DNA of 32,000 nucleotides, from positions 30,001-62,000 of the forward strand of contig NZ_CP059223.1 of the NCBI RefSeq assembly GCF_014252415.1, written 5' to 3'. The notes under the pieces are model-generated. The model was not told the DNA's origin and ran no database searches. It worked only from the letters and a program-made list of their open reading frames with translations. A program made the translations under genes and the position numbers. Position 1 is the first letter of the stretch; every line of letters starts with the position of its first letter. Source of the stretch: Candidatus Saccharimonadota bacterium (GTDB lineage Bacteria; Bacteroidota; Bacteroidia; Flavobacteriales; Blattabacteriaceae). Below are positions 8,876 to 18,844 of the stretch, one piece after another.

Positions 8876-9643
8876 GTGTATAAAAAAAAGAAGAATTTAT
8901 TTAGAGATGTGTTTGGTAATTTCTATTTTATAAAAAGGTTTTTAATATTTATTTTGGGATTATTATCTTATAACAGATATAATGGTTTCAATAAATTATT
9001 ATTAAAAGGAACAGAATATATTAAAAATCTTCCTGATAAAAAAGTACTTTTTATATCAAATCATCAAACTTATTTTGCTGACGTATTTGCAATGTTTCAT
9101 GTATTTTGTAGTATAAAAAATGGTTTTATAAATACTATCCATAATCCTATATATTTATTAAATCCTAAAGTTAATTTATATTATGTAGCAGATGAAGAAA
9201 CTATGAACAAAAATTTTTTATCAAAATTATTTATTTATTTAGGAGGTATTACTGTAAAAAGAATATGGAAAAAAAACAAAAAAATTAATTATTCATTAAA
9301 TATGTCAGAAATTTCTAGAATGGGAAAAGCTTTAGATGATGGATGGTTAATTACCTTTCCTCAAGGAACTACAAAAGCATTTGCACCGGGAAGAAGAGGT
9401 ATTGTACATGTGATAAGAAAATATAATCCTATTGTTGTTCCTATTGTTATAGAAGGATTTTATGATACCTATGATAAAAAAGGATTTAATATAAAAAAAA
9501 AGGGAGGGTTACAAAAAATGACTTTTAAAGAACCTATTAAAATTGATCTTAAGAAAGAAACTACAAATAATATTATGGAAAAAATAATGGATTCTATAGA
9601 ACAATCTAAAAAATTTAAAATTAAGAATGTAAAATCTTTTTAA
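8876..9643 (+). CDS. Lysophospholipid (1-acyl-sn-glycerol-3-phosphate) acyltransferase family protein; apparent GTG start
   Basis: Acyltransferase block I is 'LFISNHQTYFAD' and block III is 'ITFPQGTT'. No in-frame ATG lies upstream of the conserved N-terminus. Confidence 0.75.
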   Translation: MYKKKKNLFRDVFGNFYFIKRFLIFILGLLSYNRYNGFNKLLLKGTEYIKNLPDKKVLFISNHQTYFADVFAMFHVFCSIKNGFINTIHNPIYLLNPKVNLYYVADEETMNKNFLSKLFIYLGGITVKRIWKKNKKINYSLNMSEISRMGKALDDGWLITFPQGTTKAFAPGRRGIVHVIRKYNPIVVPIVIEGFYDTYDKKGFNIKKKGGLQKMTFKEPIKIDLKKETTNNIMEKIMDSIEQSKKFKIKNVKSF

Positions 9644-9656
9644 TCAATTTATTTAT

Positions 9657-12353
9657 ATGGAATACGAAAAAATAAAAAATATTTTTATTGATTTTTTTAA
9701 AAAAAAAAAACATAAAATTTATCCTTCCTTTCCTATTTGTTTAAATAATGATAATTCATCCAATTTATTTGTAAACTCAGGAATGAATCATTTTAAAGAC
9801 TATTTTTTAGGACATAAAATTCCATATTATCCTAGAGTCGCTAATATACAAAGATGTATTAGAGTTACAGGAAAACATAATGATTTCGAACAAGTAGGAT
9901 ATGATAATTATCATCATACTATGTTTGAAATGATGGGAAATTGGTCATTTGGAGATTACTCAAGAGAAAAAGCTATAGAATGGGCATGGGAATTATTAAT
10001 TAATGTCTATGGTATATCTAAAAATGATATATACATTACTATATTTCAAGGTGATGATAAAGATAAATTATCTTTAGATAAAGAAAGTTTGAAATATTGG
10101 AGATCTTTTATTCATAAAGATCATATACTATTTTTTGGAAAAAAGGATAATTTTTGGGAAATGGGAGACCATGGCCCATGTGGCCCTTGCACAGAAATTC
10201 ATGTAGATTTACGTAATAATAAAGAAAAATCTAAACTTTTAGGAAAAAATCTTATCAATAAAAATCATCCTAAAGTAATAGAAATATGGAATATAGTATT
10301 CATAGAATATTCAAGAAAATTAGATTCTAAATTAGAATCTCTTCCAATAAAACATGTAGATACAGGTATGGGGTTAGAAAGATTATGTATGGTATTACAA
10401 AATAAAAGTTCTAGTTATCAAACAGATATATTTTTTCCAATTATTGATTATATAAATAATTATATAAAAAATAATTTCTATAAAACATTAAATTTACAAC
10501 AAAATATATCTATACAAATAGTTGTTGATCATTTAAGAGCTATAATATTTTCTATATATGATGGACAAATTCCTTCAAATAAAGAATCAGGATATATAGT
10601 AAGAAAAATTTTACGTAGAGCAATTATCCATGTTTATTTTTACTTGAAAATAAAAATTCCTTTTATATATATTTTTGCTGATCTTATTATAAAAAAATTT
10701 TTGCCAAAAAATATAAACAAAAAAAAATATATAATTAATATAATTCGAGATGAAGAATCTTCATTTATTAACGTTATTAAAAATGGATGTAAAAAAATTT
10801 CCCATATTATTAAATATAATAAAGAAAAAAAAGAAAAAATTATTGATGGAAATGTAATATTTAAATTACATGATACTTATGGATTCCCAATAGAAATATC
10901 TAAAATATTAATAAAAAAACATAATTTATTAATTGATGAAAAAACATTTAAAAAAAAATTATTAGAACAAAAAAATAAATCTAGAAAGTATAATAACATA
11001 ATTATAATGGATTCTTGGGTATATTTAAATAAAAATAAAAAATTTAAAAACGTTAAAAATTCATTCATAGGATATCATACTTTAAATTGTAAAATTTGTA
11101 TAATACAATATAGAAAAATTTTTAATAAATTAGAACAAAAAAATTATTATGAACTGGTTTTTGATAGAACTCCTTTCTATCCTGAAAAAGGTGGGCAAAT
11201 AGGAGATACTGGGATTATTACAAATAATGATCAAGAAGTAATTAATATTATTAATACAAAAGTTATAAATGATACGATCATACATACTGTAAATCAATTA
11301 CCAATTCATATCAAATCCACCTTTAATTCTTTTGTTGATAAAAATAGAAGAGTAGAAATAGAATGTAATCATACAGCTACTCATTTATTGTACTTTTCAT
11401 TAAAAAAAATTTTAGGTAATCATATTGAACAAAAGGGTTCTTATATAGATAATGATTATTTACGATTTGATTTTTCTCACAATGAAAAAATATCCTATAA
11501 TAAATTAATTGATATAGAAAATTTTGTTCAAGAATTAATTTTTTCATCTATTTCTATAGAAGAAAATTCTTTTTCTTCTATAGAAATAAAAAAGAATATA
11601 CCTTCTTTAAACAAAGAAATACTTAAAGAAAAATATAAAAAACATAAAAAATTACGTATAATTTCTTTTGGAAATTCTCATGAATTTTGTATAGGTACAC
11701 ATGTAAAAAATACCGGATTAATTCAAGTATTTAAAATATTAACAGAAAATTCTATTTCTTATGGAATAAGAAGGATAAAAGCTGTTACCTATAAAAAAGC
11801 GATTAAATATTTAATAAATTCTTATAATGAATTAAATTCTATAAGAAAAAAATTTAATTGTTACAATATAACAAAAATGATTTTTAATCTAAAAAATAAA
11901 AATAAAGATTTATCAAAAAAAATATCGGGGATATATTTAGATAAAATAAAATCTATTAAAAATAAATATAAAACAAAAATGATATATCTAAATAATATAA
12001 AATATATATGCCATATTTTTTCTGAAAAAGAAAAAGAAGAAAATAAAAATGAAAATTTTATTAAAAAAATTGGAATGGATTTAATAAAAAAAATTCCAAG
12101 TTTATTTATGTTTACTGGATTCATAAAAAATGGAAAATATTTTATATTCGTTTTTATATCGGATAATATAATAAAAATATATAGAATTAGTGCTAATGAA
12201 GTAATGAATAAAATTATTAAAAATAAATATGGGGTAAAATCATGGGGTAAAAATAATTTTTCTTTTGTAATTGGTGAAAATAAAAATGATATAAAATCTA
12301 TATTAGATAATATGATGATATATATAGAAAAGACATTTAACAATAAAAAATAA
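9657..12353 (+). CDS. alaS: Alanine--tRNA ligase
   Basis: Catalytic-domain motifs are 'FVNSGMNHFKD', 'RCIRVTGKHNDFEQVG', 'HHTMFEMMGNWSFGDY', 'GPCGPCTEIH' and 'VDTGMGLERL'. Editing-domain metal ligands are 'HTATHLL' and 'CIGTH'. The length is 898 aa. Confidence 0.97.
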   Translation: MEYEKIKNIFIDFFKKKKHKIYPSFPICLNNDNSSNLFVNSGMNHFKDYFLGHKIPYYPRVANIQRCIRVTGKHNDFEQVGYDNYHHTMFEMMGNWSFGDYSREKAIEWAWELLINVYGISKNDIYITIFQGDDKDKLSLDKESLKYWRSFIHKDHILFFGKKDNFWEMGDHGPCGPCTEIHVDLRNNKEKSKLLGKNLINKNHPKVIEIWNIVFIEYSRKLDSKLESLPIKHVDTGMGLERLCMVLQNKSSSYQTDIFFPIIDYINNYIKNNFYKTLNLQQNISIQIVVDHLRAIIFSIYDGQIPSNKESGYIVRKILRRAIIHVYFYLKIKIPFIYIFADLIIKKFLPKNINKKKYIINIIRDEESSFINVIKNGCKKISHIIKYNKEKKEKIIDGNVIFKLHDTYGFPIEISKILIKKHNLLIDEKTFKKKLLEQKNKSRKYNNIIIMDSWVYLNKNKKFKNVKNSFIGYHTLNCKICIIQYRKIFNKLEQKNYYELVFDRTPFYPEKGGQIGDTGIITNNDQEVINIINTKVINDTIIHTVNQLPIHIKSTFNSFVDKNRRVEIECNHTATHLLYFSLKKILGNHIEQKGSYIDNDYLRFDFSHNEKISYNKLIDIENFVQELIFSSISIEENSFSSIEIKKNIPSLNKEILKEKYKKHKKLRIISFGNSHEFCIGTHVKNTGLIQVFKILTENSISYGIRRIKAVTYKKAIKYLINSYNELNSIRKKFNCYNITKMIFNLKNKNKDLSKKISGIYLDKIKSIKNKYKTKMIYLNNIKYICHIFSEKEKEENKNENFIKKIGMDLIKKIPSLFMFTGFIKNGKYFIFVFISDNIIKIYRISANEVMNKIIKNKYGVKSWGKNNFSFVIGENKNDIKSILDNMMIYIEKTFNNKK

Positions 12354-12396
12354 TATTTAATCTATTATATTAGAAAAATGTTTAAATTAAAATGAA

Positions 12397-15165
12397 ATGA
12401 TCATTATAAATGATAGATTTTCTTTTTTAAAAGATATTCATTTTATAGAATATTTATATGAAAAGTATAAAATCGATCCTAATTCTATAGAATTAAGTTG
12501 GAATTATTTTTTTCATGGATTTGATTTTGGAAGAGAAAATCATATAAATAATAACATTCGTTTGAATAAAAAATCTACTAAAATAGATTTATTTAAAATA
12601 ATTAAAAAAGAAATTTATGTATTGAACTTAATTCAATATTATAAAGATTGTGGCCATTATTTCACTAATACAAATCCTATTCCTATTTCAAATAAAAAAA
12701 AAGAATACAAAAATTATTTAGAAATAAATAAATTTGGATTATCCAAAAATGATTTTGAAAAATCGTTTGAATCAGGAAAATCAATAAATATTGGAAATAC
12801 GTCATTAAAAAATATTATTAATCATTTGAAAAATGTATATTGTAATTCTATAGGTATAGAATATTCACATATACTTAATCCAAATAAAATTTGTTGGATA
12901 GAAAAAAATTTTTTAAAAAATCGATCAATTTTTTTCTCAAAAAATGAAAAAAAATTTTTTTTAAAAAAACTAAATGAATCTACAAAATTCGAAAACTTTA
13001 TTCATAATAAATTTATAGGTCAAAAAAGATTTTCTATAGAAGGAAACGATTCTATAATAATTCTTTTAGAAGAAATGATTAAATATTCTTGTAAAAATTA
13101 TTCAACTAAAGAATTTATTTTAGGTATGTCACATAGAGGTAGATTAAATATTATTTCTAATTTTCTAAATAAAGACTTATCTAAAATATTTATTGAATTT
13201 CAAAATAAAGAATATGAAGATAATTCATTTTCAGGAGACGTAAAATATCATATGGGATATAGTAGTATAAAAAGTATTGATGAAATTAATAAAAATGTAA
13301 ATATTTATTTATTACCTAATCCATCGCATTTAGAGTCTGTGACTCCTGTTGTAGAAGGGATGACACGTGCAAAAATTGATAAAATTTATAATAAAAACAA
13401 CTATAGTATAATTCCTATTTTAATTCATGGGGATGCTGCATTGTCTGGTCAAGGAATTATATATGAAGTATTGCAATTATCTAAATTAAAAGGATATAAA
13501 ACAGGAGGTACTATTCATATCGTTATTAATAATCAAATAGGATTTACTACAAACGATGTTGAAGGACGTTCTAGTTTTTATTGTACTGATATAGCCAAAA
13601 CTATATCATCTCCTATTTTACATGTTAATGCTGATGATATTGAATCTGTAGCAAAATCTATTCGATTTGCTATAGATTTTAGAATGTCTTATCAAGAAGA
13701 TATTTTTATAGATTTAATTGGGTATAGAAGACATGGACACAATGAAGGAGATGACCCAAGATTTACACAACCTATTTTATATAAAAAAATATTTTCTCAT
13801 CCCAATAGTTATGAACTATATAAAATTAAATTAAAAAATGAAAATATAATAAATAATGATTATATTAAAAATATAGAAGAAAAATATGATAGGATTCTTA
13901 ACAAGAAATATGAAGAATCAAAAAAAATTAAAAAAAATTATATAATTCCATTTTTATATAAAGAATGGAAAAATATTCCTATTGTCATTAAAGACGAAGA
14001 TATTTTTAATAAAATTGATACGAAAATTTCATTAAAAACAATATTAAATATATCTAAAAAAATATTTTCTATTTCAAAAGAAAAAATTTTTTTTAAAAAA
14101 ATAAAATCTATTTTTTTAAATAGATTAAAAATGTTGGATAACCACATAGTGGATTGGAGTATGGCTGAAATATTGGCTTATGCTACATTACTATATGAAG
14201 GATATTGTATACGTTTATCTGGAGAAGATGTAGCTAGAGGAACATTTTCTCAACGTCATATTGTAATAAAAACAGAAGACGAAGAAGAAATAATAATTCT
14301 TAATAAAGAATTAAATAGTATACAAGGAAAAATTGAAATATATAATTCTCCACTTTCAGAATACGGAGTACTAGGATTTGATTATGGATATGCAATGGCA
14401 ACTCCAAATACTTTAACTGTATGGGAAGCTCAATTTGGAGATTTTAGTAATGGATGTCAAATAATTATAGATCAATATATTTCTTCAGGAGAAGATAAAT
14501 GGAAAGTCCAAAATGGAATAGTTTTATTATTACCTCATGGTTATGAAGGACAAGGTCCTGAACATTCTTCTGCTCGTATAGAAAGATACTTACAACTTTG
14601 TGCTAAAAATAATTTATTTGTAGTAAACTGTACATATCCTTCTAATTTTTATCATCTACTAAGAAGACAAATGAAATTAAAATTTAGAAAACCTCTCATA
14701 ATTTTTACTCCAAAAAGCTTGTTAAGACACACAAAATGTTTATCTTCAATAGAAGAACTATCCAATGGATCTTTTGAAGAAATTGTAGATGATAATCTAG
14801 TATTAGACTATAAAAAAATAAAAAGAGTAATTCTTTGTTCCGGAAAAATATATTATGATTTATTAAATAAAAAAGAATCAATTAAAGACGATAAAATTGC
14901 ATTAGTCAGAATAGAACAAATTTATCCTTTAAATATTAATAAAATAAAAAATATTTTAGATAAATATAAAAATAAAAAAGATATTTTTTGGGTTCAAGAA
15001 GAACCTGAAAATATGGGGTTATGGAGTTTTATTTTAAGAAAAATAAGCAGTATAATCAAAATTAAGTTAATATCCCCAAGCGAAAATTCTAGCCCTTCTG
15101 TAGGATCTTACATTAGCTTTTTAAAAATTAGAAACAAAGTATTAGAAAAGTCTTTTATTTTTTAA
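12397..15165 (+). CDS. sucA: 2-oxoglutarate dehydrogenase E1 component
   Basis: Family motifs are 'GMSHRGRLN', 'HGDAALSGQG', 'GYRRHGHNEGDDP', 'LLPHGYEGQGPEHSSAR' and 'WVQEEPENMG'. The length is 922 aa. Confidence 0.95.
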   Translation: MIIINDRFSFLKDIHFIEYLYEKYKIDPNSIELSWNYFFHGFDFGRENHINNNIRLNKKSTKIDLFKIIKKEIYVLNLIQYYKDCGHYFTNTNPIPISNKKKEYKNYLEINKFGLSKNDFEKSFESGKSINIGNTSLKNIINHLKNVYCNSIGIEYSHILNPNKICWIEKNFLKNRSIFFSKNEKKFFLKKLNESTKFENFIHNKFIGQKRFSIEGNDSIIILLEEMIKYSCKNYSTKEFILGMSHRGRLNIISNFLNKDLSKIFIEFQNKEYEDNSFSGDVKYHMGYSSIKSIDEINKNVNIYLLPNPSHLESVTPVVEGMTRAKIDKIYNKNNYSIIPILIHGDAALSGQGIIYEVLQLSKLKGYKTGGTIHIVINNQIGFTTNDVEGRSSFYCTDIAKTISSPILHVNADDIESVAKSIRFAIDFRMSYQEDIFIDLIGYRRHGHNEGDDPRFTQPILYKKIFSHPNSYELYKIKLKNENIINNDYIKNIEEKYDRILNKKYEESKKIKKNYIIPFLYKEWKNIPIVIKDEDIFNKIDTKISLKTILNISKKIFSISKEKIFFKKIKSIFLNRLKMLDNHIVDWSMAEILAYATLLYEGYCIRLSGEDVARGTFSQRHIVIKTEDEEEIIILNKELNSIQGKIEIYNSPLSEYGVLGFDYGYAMATPNTLTVWEAQFGDFSNGCQIIIDQYISSGEDKWKVQNGIVLLLPHGYEGQGPEHSSARIERYLQLCAKNNLFVVNCTYPSNFYHLLRRQMKLKFRKPLIIFTPKSLLRHTKCLSSIEELSNGSFEEIVDDNLVLDYKKIKRVILCSGKIYYDLLNKKESIKDDKIALVRIEQIYPLNINKIKNILDKYKNKKDIFWVQEEPENMGLWSFILRKISSIIKIKLISPSENSSPSVGSYISFLKIRNKVLEKSFIF

Positions 15166-15190
15166 TTAATTTAATTAAATTTAATAATCT

Positions 15191-16351
15191 ATGATCATAG
15201 AAATAAAAGCTCCATCACCTGGAGAATCAATTACAGAAGTAGAAATATCTTCTTGGCTTGTTAATAATGGAGATTATGTAAAAAAAGGACAACTCATAGC
15301 TGAAATTGATTCGGATAAAGCTACTTTAGAAATCCATTCAGAAAATAATGGTATTATAAATATTTTATATAAAAAAAATACTAAAATATTAGTAGGAGAT
15401 ACTATATGTTTAATTGATACTAATACAAAAAATAAAATAAAAAAAATTGTATCTCCAGCTTCAAAAAAAATATTAAGAGAAAATAATCTTTTTAAAGAAA
15501 AAATTAAAGGAACTGGAAAAAATGGAAGAATAACTAAAAAGGATTGTATAAATTACAATCAAATATCCAACATAAATAATGTATTGTTAACTAATAATAA
15601 TGATAATAAAATAAGAAAAGAATGTATAACTCCTTTATCTTCTTTAAGAAAAAAATTATCTCAAAGATTAGTTGATGTTAAAAATAACTCAGCGATATTA
15701 ACTACTTTTAATGAAGTTAATATGCAAGAAATTTTTCACATAAGAAAAAAATATAAAAATATTTTTAAGGAAAAACATGGTGTAAAATTAGGATTTATGT
15801 CATTTTTTACTTTGTCTTGTATAAGAGCATTAAAATTATATCCAGATGTTAATTCAATGATTGATGATCAAAACAATAAAATAAGTTTTAATTATTTTGA
15901 TATTAGTATCGCAATGTCTGGCCCTAAAGGTTTAGTAGTCCCCGTTATTAGAGATTGTCAAAAATTATCTTTTATGGAAATAGAAAAAGAAATTAAAATA
16001 TTATCAGAAAAAGTAAAAAATGGAACGATAACTATTCATGATATGGAAGGAGGAACTTTTACTATTACTAATGGTGGAGTTTTTGGATCAATGCTTTCTA
16101 CTCCAATTATAAATCCACCTCAAAGTGCTATTTTAGGAATGCATAAAATTATGGATAGAGTTATAGTCATTAATAATTCTATTAAAATATGTCCTATTAT
16201 GTATGTAGCTTTATCATATGATCATAGAATTATTGATGGAAGAGAATCCGTTGGATTTTTATCTTGTATTAAAGAATCTATAGAAAATCCAATAGAATTT
16301 TTAATGAACGGAAATGAAAAAAATATTCCAAGTATTTTAAAAATATTATAA
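15191..16351 (+). CDS. sucB: Dihydrolipoyllysine-residue succinyltransferase (E2 of the 2-oxoglutarate dehydrogenase complex)
   Basis: The lipoyl domain carries the 'EIDSDKATLEI' lipoyl-lysine motif. A peripheral subunit-binding segment 'SPASKKILRENN' follows. The catalytic domain has 'SYDHRIIDGRE'. The gene lies directly downstream of sucA. Confidence 0.93.
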   Translation: MIIEIKAPSPGESITEVEISSWLVNNGDYVKKGQLIAEIDSDKATLEIHSENNGIINILYKKNTKILVGDTICLIDTNTKNKIKKIVSPASKKILRENNLFKEKIKGTGKNGRITKKDCINYNQISNINNVLLTNNNDNKIRKECITPLSSLRKKLSQRLVDVKNNSAILTTFNEVNMQEIFHIRKKYKNIFKEKHGVKLGFMSFFTLSCIRALKLYPDVNSMIDDQNNKISFNYFDISIAMSGPKGLVVPVIRDCQKLSFMEIEKEIKILSEKVKNGTITIHDMEGGTFTITNGGVFGSMLSTPIINPPQSAILGMHKIMDRVIVINNSIKICPIMYVALSYDHRIIDGRESVGFLSCIKESIENPIEFLMNGNEKNIPSILKIL

Positions 16352-16354
16352 TTA

Positions 16355-16927
16355 TTATTTTTTTCTAAAAAAAGGATTTTGAATATTTCTAATTCCTATG
16401 TTTGATTTTTTTATTTGATTTTTTACTAAATTTATTTGATCACGTAATATTTTTGATTTATCCATTTTTTTTGCCTCTAATAATAATAATCTAGCCTTTT
16501 CTTTGTTACCTTTTGATAATGATACTATTGCTAAATTCAATTTAGCAATGGCTATATTATACTTAAATTTTAATCCATTATCCAAAGATTTTTTCATATA
16601 AAATTCTGATTTATTAATATCTTTTTTTAGATAAAGAATTCCATTCAAAAAATAGAAATAAGCTACTTGATTTTTCATAAGTTGAATTTTAGGATTTTTA
16701 ATGTAGCTTAAATATTTTTCTAATCCTTTCATGTCTTTTTTTCCTAATTTTATAAATGCCATCAGTAAAAATTCGTTTTTAAATACAAAAAAAATTAAAA
16801 ATAAACTTATTACAAACAATATAAAACTTATATAAAAATAACTTTTTTTTATCACGAATAAAAAAATAGATAAAAATAAAATTAATATAGATGTAATAAT
16901 TTTAGTATATTTATTGATTATTATCAT
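16355..16927 (-). CDS. Hypothetical membrane-anchored protein with a TPR-like helical repeat region
   Basis: Two N-terminal hydrophobic helices are followed by a helical-repeat-like sequence ('AYFYFLNGILYLKKDINKSEFYMKKSL', 'AIAKLNLAIVSLSKGNKEKARLLLLEA'). The start overlaps the upstream esterase stop by 4 nt (ATGA). No specific family was recognised. Confidence 0.35.
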   Translation of the reverse strand: MIIINKYTKIITSILILFLSIFLFVIKKSYFYISFILFVISLFLIFFVFKNEFLLMAFIKLGKKDMKGLEKYLSYIKNPKIQLMKNQVAYFYFLNGILYLKKDINKSEFYMKKSLDNGLKFKYNIAIAKLNLAIVSLSKGNKEKARLLLLEAKKMDKSKILRDQINLVKNQIKKSNIGIRNIQNPFFRKK

Positions 16928-17577
16928 TGTTTATTATTTTTTTTAATCCAATTAATAATATCTTCATAATTAAGATAATTTAATTCATGTCCAGATTCAT
17001 ATTCTTTATAAAAAATTGAATATATATTATTGTCATTTAATATTTTTATTCCTTTTTTAGTCCAATCAATAGGAATAATCGTATCATTTATTCCATGAGA
17101 AATAAAAAAATCTACATTTTTATTTTTAAAAATAAAAATAATTTTATTATCTAAATATCCACTTAAAGAAAGTACTTTTTTTACTTTTTTATTTTTTAAA
17201 GCTATAGCATAACTTATAATAGCACCTTGACTAAATCCACATAACCAAACTTGGTTATAATTAAGATTATATTTTTCCACCGATTTATCTATAAAATCAG
17301 ATATTTTATTAATAGAATATTTAGCTTGTTCTATATTAATAAATTTTTTTTTATCAGAAAAATTAATATCATACCAATAGTATTTGTATTTTTCAATACA
17401 ATAAAGACCTTGAATACTAATTATAAAAAAATTATTAGGAATATCTTTTTTAAGATAAAAAAGATTATTTTCATTACTTCCATATCCATGAATCATTAAA
17501 AATAAAGGAGAATATTTATTATATTTTTCTGGTTTTTTTAAAACGTATTTTATAGATCTATTTTCTTTTTGTATCAT
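16924..17577 (-). CDS. Alpha/beta hydrolase of the phospholipase/carboxylesterase family
   Basis: The nucleophile elbow is 'GFSQGA' (G-x-S-x-G). Candidate acid and His residues are 'HGINDTIIP' and 'ESGHEL'. The length is 217 aa. Confidence 0.7.
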   Translation of the reverse strand: MIQKENRSIKYVLKKPEKYNKYSPLFLMIHGYGSNENNLFYLKKDIPNNFFIISIQGLYCIEKYKYYWYDINFSDKKKFINIEQAKYSINKISDFIDKSVEKYNLNYNQVWLCGFSQGAIISYAIALKNKKVKKVLSLSGYLDNKIIFIFKNKNVDFFISHGINDTIIPIDWTKKGIKILNDNNIYSIFYKEYESGHELNYLNYEDIINWIKKNNKQ

Positions 17578-17674
17578 AAATTTATTTATTACATTTTACA
17601 AAATTAAATAAAACAAAAAAATTAATAATTAAAAATTATATTAAATTTACTATTATAAATAAAAATTATAATTT
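17578..17674. promoter_or_regulatory. Divergent intergenic region that must hold the promoters for the esterase/TPR genes (minus) and the sucC block (plus)
   Basis: This call rests only on divergent gene orientation. The region contains an 11-nt direct repeat TAAAAATTATA at 17630-17640 and 17660-17670. I could not find a clean Bacteroidetes TAnnTTTG -7 box. Confidence 0.3.
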
Positions 17675-18844
17675 ATGAATTTGTACGAATACCAAGGGAT
17701 AGAAATATTAAAAACTTTTTCAATTTCCGTTCCTCATGGAATTATGATCACATCTCCTGATGAAGCTGTAACAGCTGCAAAAATTTTATTTAAAAAGACT
17801 AAAAAAAAATCTATAGTCATAAAATCTCAGATACATGCAGGTGGTAGAGGAAAATCTGGTGGTATTCAAATAGTGAAAAATCTTGAAGAAGTTTATAAAA
17901 AATCTAAAAATATTTTAGGAAAACGTTTAATTACACCTCAAACACCAAAAGAAGGTTTAATTGTAGAAAAAATATTAATATCAGAAAATGTTTATTCAAC
18001 ATCATCATCAAGTGAAAAAGAATATTATTTATCTATTATGTTAAATCGTGATATAAAAAAAAATGTTATAATATGTTCAAAAGAAGGTGGAATTAATATA
18101 GAAGAAATATCTAAAAATCCAAAAAAATTACATATAGAAGAAATAAATCCAATATTAGGATTACAAATGTTTCAAATAAGAAAATTAGGATTTTTTTTAG
18201 GAATGGATAATGATCAATCTATGAAAAATTTTATTTTTTTTCTAAAAAATCTTAATAAAGCATATATGTCTATTGATGCTGTATTAATTGAAATAAATCC
18301 ATTTATAAAAACATTAAAAAACGATATTATACCAGTAGATGTTAAGATAACGTTAGATGATAATGCAACATTTCGTAGAAAAAAATTATATATAATTGAT
18401 GAAAAAAATAAAAAAAATAATTTTAATTTTATAAAACTAAAAGGAAATGTAGGATGTATGGTTAATGGTGCAGGATTAGCTATGGCTACTATGGATATGA
18501 TTAAATCATGTGGTGGAGAACCCGCTAATTTTTTAGATATAGGAGGAGCTGCTGATGAAAATATAGTAAAAAAATCTTTTTCACTAATATTAAAAGATAA
18601 ATCAGTGAAAATAATATTAATAAATATATACGGTGGAATAGTAAGATGTGATTCAGTTGTTAAAGGAATTATACAATCATGTAAAATTAATAATCCAATT
18701 AATATACCAATGGTTTTTCGTTTAAAAGGAACAAATGATAAAAATGCAAAAAAAATTCTTTTTAAGAATAAAAATACATTACCTATTTATATCACTGATA
18801 CATTAAAAAATTCATCAGAAAAAATAAAAAAAATTTTATCATGA
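17675..18844 (+). CDS. sucC: Succinate--CoA ligase (ADP-forming) beta subunit
   Basis: Family motifs are 'MNLYEYQGIEIL', 'IHAGGRGKSGG', 'CMVNGAGLAMATMD', 'PANFLDIGGAA' and 'NIYGGIVRCD'. The gene ends in TGA immediately before the next ATG. No sucD lies downstream. Confidence 0.93.
   Translation: MNLYEYQGIEILKTFSISVPHGIMITSPDEAVTAAKILFKKTKKKSIVIKSQIHAGGRGKSGGIQIVKNLEEVYKKSKNILGKRLITPQTPKEGLIVEKILISENVYSTSSSSEKEYYLSIMLNRDIKKNVIICSKEGGINIEEISKNPKKLHIEEINPILGLQMFQIRKLGFFLGMDNDQSMKNFIFFLKNLNKAYMSIDAVLIEINPFIKTLKNDIIPVDVKITLDDNATFRRKKLYIIDEKNKKNNFNFIKLKGNVGCMVNGAGLAMATMDMIKSCGGEPANFLDIGGAADENIVKKSFSLILKDKSVKIILINIYGGIVRCDSVVKGIIQSCKINNPINIPMVFRLKGTNDKNAKKILFKNKNTLPIYITDTLKNSSEKIKKILS

Noticed and set aside
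9049-9075. The acyltransferase motif reads 'NHQTYFAD', an apparent H-x5-D instead of the canonical H-x4-D. This could indicate an altered active site.
   Set aside because: I recall the same 'SNHQTYFADV' block in homologues from free-living Flavobacteriia, so it is most likely a subfamily signature rather than erosion. An alignment is needed to confirm this.
11861-12343. A 160-aa antisense ORF inside the 3' part of alaS, surprisingly long for an AT-rich genome.
   Set aside because: Its codons span sense position 3 plus positions 1-2 of the next sense codon. In that antisense register, stops arise only from sense NNT|TAN, NNC|TAN or NNT|CAN, that is, before Tyr, His or Gln codons, and these combinations happen to be absent from this Lys/Asn/Ile-rich stretch. 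The predicted peptide is low-complexity Phe/Ile/Leu with no motif, while the sense strand is clearly AlaRS.
15168-15181. A 14-bp perfect palindrome AATTTAATTAAATT between sucA and sucB.
   Set aside because: With 7-bp arms in pure A/T sequence, roughly 1 in 128 positions would match by chance. There is no supporting context.
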